In this document: one piece after another, positions 1 to 10,399 of the stretch
Layout of the letters: each line of letters begins with the position of its first letter
Numbering within the stretch: position 1 is the stretch's first letter
Assembly: GCA_964057225.1 (NCBI GenBank)
Contig: OZ059897.1
Span: 2,418,001-2,482,000 of the forward strand
DNA length: 64,000 nt
Source: Auanema rhodensis
Lineage: Eukaryota; Animalia; Nematoda
Direction: 5' to 3'
Made by a program: the position numbers and the translations under genes
Notes under the pieces: model-generated
What the model was told of the DNA's origin: nothing
Seen by the model: the letters and a program-made list of their open reading frames with translations, nothing else
The model's database searches: none

Positions 1-12
1 TTTTTGGAAGCA

Positions 13-40
13 ATGTTGAGTGTACATGGGAACTCAACAT
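13..40. other. Perfect 9-bp inverted repeat at this position of each monomer (atgttgagt-N10-actcaacat), followed by the 10-bp palindrome taatgcatta at 45-54
   Basis: Read directly from the sequence. It lies in the least variable part of the monomer. Function unknown. Confidence 0.85.
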
Positions 41-105
41 ACACTAATGCATTATTTTTCAAACGATCATAACTAATTTTTGTATAGAGCGTTTCTCAAT
101 GTAGT

Positions 106-151
106 ATAGTGCATTCGATGCGGATTTTTAAGCTGCGTTGATCTGTGTTAT
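106..151 (+). other. Imperfect stem-loop in each monomer (106-113/144-151 and 115-123/133-141; 17 pairs, 6 of them G.T; 9-nt loop)
   Basis: Manual base-pairing of atagtgca-t-tcgatgcgg with ctgcgttga-tc-tgtgttat. Whether it forms in vivo is untested. Confidence 0.5.
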
Positions 152-3100
152 CAGATTTGAGTTAGCTTAAAAATGCACCGAGTAATCAACTGATATAGGT
201 TCACACTTATATCCTCGATTTTCACCCTGAAGAATTAATTTTTTCGTTGAATAACATTGTCCATCGTCTTTGCCTTGAAAAAAGAAATCCAAAAACTCCT
301 ACTTTTTGTGAAATTATTTAGAAACTTTTCGGGAAAATTTTTGTCAAAATGTTTTTGGAAGCAATGTTGAGTGTACATGGGAACTCAACATACACTAATG
401 CATTATTTTTCAAACGATCATAACTAATTTTTGTATAGAGCGTTTCTCAATGTAGTATAGTGCATTCGATGCGGATTTTTAAGCTGCGTTGATCTGTGTT
501 ATCAGATTTGAGTTAACTTAAAAACGCACCGAGTAATCAACTGATATAGGTTCACACTTATATCCTCGATTTTCACCCTGAAGAATTAATTTTTTCGTTG
601 AATAACATTGTCCATCGTCTTTGCCTTGAAAAAAGAAATCCAAAAACTCCTACTTTTTGTGAAATTATTTAGAAATTTTTCGGGAAAATTTTTGTCACAA
701 TGTTTTTGGAAGCAATGTTGAGTGTACATGGGAACTCAGCATACACTAATGCATTATTTTTCAAACGATCATAACTAATTTTTGTATAGAGCGTTTCTCA
801 ATGTAGTATAGTGCATTCGATGCGGATTTTTAAGCTGCGTTGATCTGTGTTATTAGATTTCAGTTAGCTTAAAAATGCACCGAGATATCAACTGATATAG
901 GTTCACACATGTATCCTCGATTTTCACCCTGAAGAAATGATTTTTTCGTTGAAAAACATTGTCCATCGTATTCGTCTTGAAAAAAGGAATCTAAAAACAT
1001 CTACTTTTTGTGAAATTATTTAGAAATTTTTCGGGAAAATTTTTGTCAAAATGTTTTTGGAAGCAATGTTGAGTGTACATGGGAACTCAACATACACTAA
1101 TGCATTATTTTTCAAACGATCATAACTAATTTTTGTATAGAGCGTTTCTCAATGTAGTATAGTGCATTCGATGCGGATTTTTAAGCTGCGTTGATCTGTG
1201 TTATCAGATTTGAGTTAGCTTAAAAATGCACCGAGTAATCAACTGATATAGGTTCACACTTATATCCTCGATTTTCACCCTGAAGAATTAATTTTTTCGT
1301 TGAATAACATTGTCCATCGTCTTTGCCTTGAAAAAAGAAATCCAAAAACTCCTACTTTTTGTGAAATTATTTAGAAATTTTTCGGGAAAATTTTTGTCAA
1401 AATGTTTTTGGAAGCAATGTTGAGTGTACATGGGAACTCAACATACACTAATGCATTATTTTTCAAACGATCATAACTAATTTTTGTATAGAGCGTTTCT
1501 CAATGTAGTATAGTGCATTCGATGCGGATTTTTAAGCTGCGTTGATCTGTGTTATCAGATTTGAGTTAACTTAAAAATGCACCGAGTAATCAACTGATAT
1601 AGGTTCACACTTATATCCTCGATTTTCACCCTGAAGAATTAATTTTTTCGTTGAATAACATTGTCCATCGTCTTTGCCTTGAAAAAAGAAATCCAAAAAC
1701 TCCTACTTTTTGTGAAATTATTTAGAAATTTTTCGGGAAAATTTTTGTCACAATGTTTTTGGAAGCAATGTTGAGTGTACATGGGAACTCAGCATACACT
1801 AATGCATTATTTTTCAAACGATCATAACTAATTTTTGTATAGAGCGTTTCTCAATGTAGTATAGTGCATTCGATGCGGATTTTTAAGCTGCGTTGATCTG
1901 TGTTATTAGATTTCAGTTAGCTTAAAAATGCACCGAGATATCAACTGATATAGGTTCACACATGTATCCTCGATTTTCACCCTGAAGAAATGATTTTTTC
2001 GTTGAAAAACATTGTCCATCGTATTCGTCTTGAAAAAAGGAATCTAAAAACATCTACTTTTTGTGAAATTATTTAGAAATTTTTCGGGAAAATTTTTGTC
2101 AAAATGTTTTTGGAAGCAATGTTGAGTGTACATGGGAACTCAACATACACTAATGCATTATTTTTCAAACGATCATAACTAATTTTTGTATGGAGCGTTT
2201 CCCAATGTAGTATAGTGCATTCGATGCGGATTTTTAAGCTGCGTTGATCTGTGTTATCAGATTTGAGTTAACTTAAAAATGCACCGAGATATGAACTGAT
2301 ATAGGTTCACACATATATCCTTGATTTTCACCCTGAAGAAATGATTTTTTCGTTGAAAAACATTGTCCATAGTCTTCGTCTTGAAAAAAGGAATCTAAAA
2401 ACATCTACTTTTTGTGAAATTATTCAGAAATTTTTCGGGAAAATTTTTGTCAAAATGTTTTTGGAAGCAATGTTGAGTGTACATGGGAACTCAACATACA
2501 CTAATGCATTATTTTTCAAACGATCATAACTAATTTTTGTATAGAGCGTTTCTCAATGTAGTATAGTGCATTCGATGCGGATTTTTAAGCTGCGTTGATC
2601 TGTGTTATCAGATTTGAGTTAACTTAAAAATGCACCGAGTAATCAACTGATATAGGTTCACACTTATATCCTCGATTTTCACCCTGAAGAATTAATTTTT
2701 TCGTTGAATAACATTGTCCATCGTCTTTGCCTTGAAAAAAGAAATCCAAAAACTCCTACTTTTTGTGAAATTATTTAGAAATTTTTCGGGAAAATTTTTG
2801 TCACAATGTTTTTGGAAGCAATGTTGAGTGTACATGGGAACTCAGCATACACTAATGCATTATTTTTCAAACGATCATAACTAATTTTTGTATAGAGCGT
2901 TTCTCAATGTAGTATAGTGCATTCGATGCGGATTTTTAAGCTGCGTTGATCTGTGTTATTAGATTTCAGTTAGCTTAAAAATGCACCGAGATATCAACTG
3001 ATATAGGTTCACACATGTATCCTCGATTTTCACCCTGAAGAAATGATTTTTTCGTTGAAAAACATTGTCCATCGTATTCGTCTTGAAAAAAGGAATCTAA

Positions 3101-4212
3101 AAACATCTACTTTTTGTGAAATTATTTAGAAATTTTTCGGGAAAATTTTTGTCAAAATGTTTTTGGAAGCAATGTTGAGTGTACATGGGAACTCAACATA
3201 CACTAATGCATTATTTTTCAAACGATCATAACTAATTTTTGTATAGAGCGTTTCTCATTGTAGTATAGTGCATTCGATGCGGATTTTTAAGCTGCGTTGA
3301 TCTGTGTTATCAGATTTGAGTTAACTTAAAAATGCACCGAGATATGAACTGATATAGGTTCACACATATATCCTTGATTTTCACCCTGAAGAAATGATTT
3401 TTTCGTTGAAAAACATTGTCCATAGTCTTCGTCTTGAAAAAAGGAATCTAAAAACATCTACTTTTTGTGAAATTATTCAGAAATTTTTCGGGAAAATTTT
3501 TGTCAAAATGTTTTTGGAAGCAATGTTGAGTGTACATGGGAACTCAACATACACTAATGCATTATTTTTCAAACGATCATAACTAATTTTTGTATGGAGC
3601 GTTTTTCAATGTAGTATAGTGCATTCGATGCGGATTTTTAAGCTGCGTTGATCTGTGTTATCAGATTTGAGTTAGCTTAAAAATGCACCGAGATATCAAC
3701 TGATATATGTTCACACTTATATCCTCGATTTTCACCCTGAAGAATTAATTTTTTCGTTGAATAACATTGTCCATCGTCTTTGCCTTGAAAAAAGAAATCT
3801 AAAAACTCCTACTTTTTGTGAAATTATTTAGAAATTTTTCGGGAAAATTTTTGTCACAATGTTTTTGGAAGCAATGTTGAGTGTACATGGGAACTCAGCA
3901 TACACTAATGCATTATTTTTCAAACGATCATAACTAATCTTTGTATAGAGCGTTTTTTAATGTAGTATAGTGCATTCGATGCGGATTTTTAAGCTGCGTT
4001 GATCTGTGTTATCAGATTTGAGTTAGCTGAAAAATGCACCGAGATATCAACTGATATATGTTCACACTTATATCCTCGATTTTCACCCTGAAGAAATGAT
4101 TTTTTCGTTGAATAACATTGTCCATCGTCTTCGTCTTGAAAAAAGGAATCTAAAAACATCTACTTTTTGTGAAATTATTTAGAAATTTTTCGGGAAAATT
4201 TTTGTCAAAATG

Positions 4213-7200
4213 TTTTTGGAAGCAATGTTGAGTGTACATGGGCACTCAACATACACTAATGCATTATTTTTCAAACGATCATAACTAATTTTTGTATAGA
4301 GCGTTTCTCAATGTAGTATAGTGCATTCGATGCGGATTTTTAAGCTGCGTTGATCTGTGTTATCAGATTTGAGTTAACTTAAAAATGCACCGAGATATCA
4401 ACTGATATAGGTTCACACATATATCCTCGATTTTCACCCTGAAGAAATGATTTTTTCGTTGAAAAACATTGTCCATCGTCTTCGTCTTGAAAAAAGGAAT
4501 CTAAAAACATCTACTTTTTGTGAAATTATTCAGAAATTTTTCGGGAAAATTTTTGTCAAAATGTTTTTGGAAGCAATGTTGAGTGTACATGGGAACTCAA
4601 CATACACTAATGCATTATTTTTCAAACGATCATAACTAATTTTTGTATAGAGCGTTTCTCAATGTAGTATAGTGCATTCGATGCGGATTTTTAAGCTGCG
4701 TTGATCTGTGTTATCAGATTTGAGTTAGCTTAAAAATGCACCGAGATATCAACTGATATATGTTCACACTTATATCCTCGATTTTCACCCTGAAGAATTA
4801 ATTTTTTCGTTGAATAACATTGTCCATCGTCTTTGCCTTGAAAAAAGAAATCTAAAAACTCCTACTTTTTGTGAAATTATTTAGAAATTTTTCGGGAAAA
4901 TTTTTGTCAAAATGTTTTTGGAAGCAATGTTGAGTGTACATGGGAACTCAACATACACTAATGCATTATTTTTCAAACGATCATAACTAATTTTTGTATA
5001 GAGCGTTTCTCAATGTAGTATAGTGCATTCGATGCGGATTTTTAAGCTGCGTTGATCTGTGTTATCAGATTTGAGTTAACTTAAAAATGCACCGAGATAT
5101 CAACTGATATATGTTCACACTTATATCCTCGATTTTCACCCTGAAGAAATGATTTTTTCGTTGAAAAACATTGTCCATCGTATTCGTTTTGAAAAAAGAA
5201 ATCTAAAAACATCTACTTTTTGTGAAATTATTTAGAAATTTTTCGGGAAAATTTTTGTCAAAATGTTTTTGGAAGCAATGTTGAGTGTACATGGGAACTC
5301 AACATACACTAATGCATTATTTTTCAAACGATCATAACTAATTTTTGTATAGAGCGTTTCTCATTGTAGTATAGTGCATTCGATGCGGATTTTCAAGCTG
5401 CGTTGATCTGTGTTATCAGATTTGAGTTAACTTAAAAATGCACCGAGATATCAACTGATATAGGTTCACACTTGTATCCTCGATTTTCACCCTGAAGAAA
5501 TGATTTTTTCGTTGAAAAACATTGTCCATCGTATTCGTCTTGAAAAAAGGAATCTAAAAACATCTACTTTTTGTGAAATTATTTAGAAATTTTTCGGGAA
5601 AATTTTTGTCAAAATGTTTTTGGAAGCAATGTTGAGTGTACATGGGAACTCAACATACACTAATGCATTATTTTTCAAACGATCATAACTAATTTTTGTA
5701 TAGAGCGTTTCTCATTGTAGTATAGTGCATTCGATGCGGATTTTCAAGCTGCGTTGATCTGTGTTATCAGATTTGAGTTAACTTAAAAATGCACCGAGAT
5801 ATCAACTGATATAGGTTCACACTTGTATCCTCGATTTTCACCCTGAAGAAATGATTTTTTCGTTGAAAAACATTGTCCATCGTATTCGTCTTGAAAAAAG
5901 GAATCTAAAAACATCTACTTTTCGTGAAATTATTCAGAAATTTTTCGGGAAAATTTTTGTCAAAATGTTTTTGGAAGCAATGTTGAGTGTACATGGGAAC
6001 TCAACATACACTAATGCATTATTTTTCAAACGATCATAACTAATTTTTGTATAGAGCGTTTCTCAATGTAGTATAGTGCATTCGATGCGGATTTTTAAGC
6101 TGCGTTGATCTGTGTTATCAGATTTGAGTTAACTTAAAAATGCACCGAGATATCAACTGATATATGTTCACACTTATATCCTCGATTTTCACCCTGAAGA
6201 AATGATTTTTTCGTTGAAAAACATTGTCCATCGTATTCGTTTTGAAAAAAGAAATCTAAAAACATCTACTTTTTGTGAAATTATTTAGAAATTTTTCGGG
6301 AAAATTTTTGTCAAAATGTTTTTGGAAGCAATGTTGAGTGTACATGGGAACTCAACATACACTAATGCATTATTTTTCAAACGATCATAACTAATTTTTG
6401 TATAGAGCGTTTCTCATTGTAGTATAGTGCATTCGATGCGGATTTTCAAGCTGCGTTGATCTGTGTTATCAGATTTGAGTTAACTTAAAAATGCACCGAG
6501 ATATCAACTGATATAGGTTCACACTTGTATCCTCGATTTTCACCCTGAAGAAATGATTTTTTCGTTGAAAAACATTGTCCATCGTATTCGTCTTGAAAAA
6601 AGGAATCTAAAAACATCTACTTTTTGTGAAATTATTTAGAAATTTTTCGGGAAAATTTTTGTCAAAATGTTTTTGGAAGCAATGTTGAGTGTACATGGGA
6701 ACTCAACATACACTAATGCATTATTTTTCAAACGATCATAACTAATTTTTGTATAGAGCGTTTCTCATTGTAGTATAGTGCATTCGATGCGGATTTTCAA
6801 GCTGCGTTGATCTGTGTTATCAGATTTGAGTTAACTTAAAAATGCACCGAGATATCAACTGATATAGGTTCACACTTGTATCCTCGATTTTCACCCTGAA
6901 GAAATGATTTTTTCGTTGAAAAACATTGTCCATCGTATTCGTCTTGAAAAAAGGAATCTAAAAACATCTACTTTTTGTGAAATTATTTAGAAATTTTTCG
7001 GGAAAATTTTTGTCAAAATGTTTTTGGAAGCAATGTTGAGTGTACATGGGAACTCAACATACACTAATGCATTATTTTTCAAACGATCATAACTAATTTT
7101 TGTATAGAGCGTTTCTCATTGTAGTATAGTGCATTCGATGCGGATTTTTAAGCTGCGTTGATCTGTGTTATCAGATTTGAGTTAACTTAAAAATGCACCG

Positions 7201-8775
7201 AGATATCAACTGATATAGGTTCACACATATATCCTCGATTTTCACCCTGAAGAAATGATTTTTTCGTTGAAAAACATTGTCCATCGTCTTCGTCTTGAAA
7301 AAAGGAATCTAAAAACATCTACTTTTTGTGAAATTATTCAGAAATTTTTCGGGAAAATTTTTGTCAAAATGTTTTTGGAAGCAATGTTGAGTGTACATGG
7401 GAACTCAACATACACTAATGCATTATTTTTCAAACGATCATAACTAATTTTTGTATAGAGCGTTTCTCAATGTAGTATAGTGCATTCGATGCGGATTTTT
7501 AAGCTGCGTTGATCTGTGTTATCAGATTTGAGTTAGCTTAAAAATGCACCGAGATATCAACTGATATATGTTCACACTTATATCCTCGATTTTCACCCTG
7601 AAGAATTAATTTTTTCGTTGAATAACATTGTCCATCGTCTTTGCCTTGAAAAAAGAAATCTAAAAACTCCTACTTTTTGTGAAATTATTTAGAAATTTTT
7701 CGGGAAAATTTTTGTCAAAATGTTTTTGGAAGCAATGTTGAGTGTACATGGGAACTCAACATACACTAATGCATTATTTTTCAAACGATCATAACTAATT
7801 TTTGTATAGAGCGTTTCTCAATGTAGTATAGTGCATTCGATGCGGATTTTTAAGCTGCGTTGATCTGTGTTATCAGATTTGAGTTAACTTAAAAATGCAC
7901 CGAGATATCAACTGATATATGTTCACACTTATATCCTCGATTTTCACCCTGAAGAAATGATTTTTTCGTTGAAAAACATTGTCCATCGTATTCGTTTTGA
8001 AAAAAGAAATCTAAAAACATCTACTTTTTGTGAAATTATTTAGAAATTTTTCGGGAAAATTTTTGTCAAAATGTTTTTGGAAGCAATGTTGAGTGTACAT
8101 GGGAACTCAACATACACTAATGCATTATTTTTCAAACGATCATAACTAATTTTTGTATAGAGCGTTTCTCATTGTAGTATAGTGCATTCGATGCGGATTT
8201 TCAAGCTGCGTTGATCTGTGTTATCAGATTTGAGTTAACTTAAAAATGCACCGAGATATCAACTGATATAGGTTCACACTTGTATCCTCGATTTTCACCC
8301 TGAAGAAATGATTTTTTCGTTGAAAAACATTGTCCATCGTATTCGTCTTGAAAAAAGAAATCTAAAAACATCTACTTTTTGTGAAATTATTTAGAAATTT
8401 TTCGGGAAAATTTTTGTCAAAATGTTTTTGGAAGCAATGTTGAGTGTACATGGGAACTCAACATACACTAATGCATTATTTTTCAAACGATCATAACTAA
8501 TTTTTGTATAGAGCGTTTCTCATTGTAGTATAGTGCATTCGATGCGGATTTTTAAGCTGCGTTGATCTGTGTTATCAGATTTGAGTTAACTTAAAAATGC
8601 ACCGAGATATCAACTGATATAGGTTCACACATATATCCTCGATTTTCACCCTGAAGAAATGATTTTTTTGTTGAAAAACATTGTCCATCGTCTTCGTCTT
8701 GAAAAAAGGAATCTAAAAACATCTACTTTTTGTGAAATTATTCAGAAATTTTTCGGGAAAATTTTTGTCAAAATG
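4213..8775. repeat. Imperfect 4-monomer (1404 bp) periodicity with local single-monomer gains
   Basis: The attcag monomer recurs at ORFs 4447, 5851, 7255 and 8659 (1404 spacing). The monomer order at 4213-5616 repeats at 7021-8424. Confidence 0.75.
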
Positions 8776-10399
8776 TTTTTGGAAGCAATGTTGAGTGTAC
8801 ATGGGAACTCAACATACACTAATGCATTATTTTTCAAACGATCATAACTAATTTTTGTATAGAGCGTTTCTCAATGTAGTATAGTGCATTCGATGCGGAT
8901 TTTTAAGCTGCGTTGATCTGTGTTATCAGATTTGAGTTAGCTTAAAAATGCACCGAGATATCAACTGATATATGTTCACACTTATATCCTCGATTTTCAC
9001 CCTGAAGAATTAATTTTTTCGTTGAATAACATTGTCCATCGTCTTTGCCTTGAAAAAAGAAATCTAAAAACTCCTACTTTTTGTGAAATTATTTAGAAAT
9101 TTTTCGGGAAAATTTTTGTCACAATGTTTTTGGAAGCAATGTTGAGTGTACATGGGAACTCAGCATACACTAATGCATTATTTTTCAAACGATCATAACT
9201 AATCTTTGTATAGAGCGTTTCTCAATGTAGTATAGTGCATTCGATGCGGATTTTTAAGCTGCGTTGATCTGTGTTATCAGATTTGCGCAAGCTTAAAAAT
9301 GCACCGAGTAATCAACTGATATAGGTTCACACATATATCCTCGATTTTCACCCTGAAGAAATGATTTTTTCGTTGAAAAACATTGTCCATCGTCTTCGTC
9401 TCGAAAAAAGGAATCTAAAAACATCTACTTTTTGTGAAATTATTCAGAAATTTTTCGGGAAAATTTTTGTCAAAATGTTTTTGGAAGCAATGTTGAGTGT
9501 ACATGGGAACTCAACATACACTAATGCATTTTTTTTCAAACGATCATAACTAATTTTTGTATAGAGCGTTTCTCAAAGTAGTATAGTGCATTCGATGCGG
9601 ATTTTTAAGCCGCGTTGATCTGTGTTATCAGATTTGAGTTAGCTTAAAAATGCACCGAGATATCAACTGATATATGTTCACACTTATATCCTCGATTTTC
9701 ACCCTGAAGAATTAATTTTTTCGTTGAATAACATTGTCCATCGTCTTTGCCTTGAAAAAAGAAATCTAAAAACTCCTACTTTTTGTGAAATTATTTAGAA
9801 ATTTTTCGGAAAAATTTTTGTCACAATGTTTTTGGAAGCAATGTTGAGTGTACATGGGAACTCAGCATACACTAATGCATTATTTTTCAAACGATCATAA
9901 CTAATCTTTGTATAGAGCGTTTCTTAATGTAGTATAGTGCATTCGATGCGGATTTTTAAGCTGCGTTGATCTGTGTTATCAGATTTGAGTTAGCTTAAAA
10001 ATGCACCGAGATATCAACTGATATATGTTCACACTTATATCCTCGATTTTCACCCTGAAGAAATGATTTTTTCGTTGAATGACATTGTCCATCGTCTTCG
10101 TCTTGAAAAAAGGAATCTAAAAACATCTACTTTTTGTGAAATTATTTAGAAATTTTTCGGGAAAATTTTTGTCAAAATGTTTTTGGAAGCAATGTTGAGT
10201 GTACATGGGAACTCAACATACACTAATGCATTATTTTTCAAACGATCATAACTAATTTTTGTATAGAGCGTTTCTCAATGTAGTATAGTGCATTCGATGC
10301 GAATTTTTAAGCTGCGTTGATCTGTGTTATCAGATTTGAGTTAACTTAAAAATGCACCGAGATATCAACTGATATAGGTTCACACATATATCCTCGATT

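Larger units (their letters stand above)
1..351 (+). repeat. Reference monomer (arbitrary phase), about 32% GC, many A/T tracts and short dyads
   Basis: Base 352 restarts the sequence of base 1. GC counted by hand as 113/351. Confidence 0.97.
1..3510. repeat. Local 3-monomer (1053 bp) higher-order periodicity
   Basis: Marker tattagatttcag occurs at about 851, 1904 and 2957. The gatatgaac/ccttgat/agtcttcg monomer occurs at 2107 and 3160. ORFs at 2341 and 3394 are 1053 bp apart. Confidence 0.9.

Noticed and set aside
1-351. Assignment to a named satellite (e.g. Drosophila 359-bp/1.688, Tribolium TCAST1, alpha satellite) or a 2x175 internal dimer
   Set aside because: Only length and AT content resemble the insect examples. 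I recognise no sequence homology and see no convincing half-monomer similarity by eye. A BLAST/Dfam search and a self-alignment are needed.
1-351. 5S rRNA, tRNA, snRNA or spliced-leader tandem gene unit
   Set aside because: No recognisable conserved RNA gene sequence, cloverleaf or Pol III A/B/C boxes were found, and frequent T-runs on both strands would terminate Pol III.
944-960. CENP-B box-like string tttcgttgaaaaacatt
   Set aside because: It matches only the 5' half (TTCG....A). The essential CGGG is missing at the required spacing, and the monomer's cggg lies about 75 bp further on.
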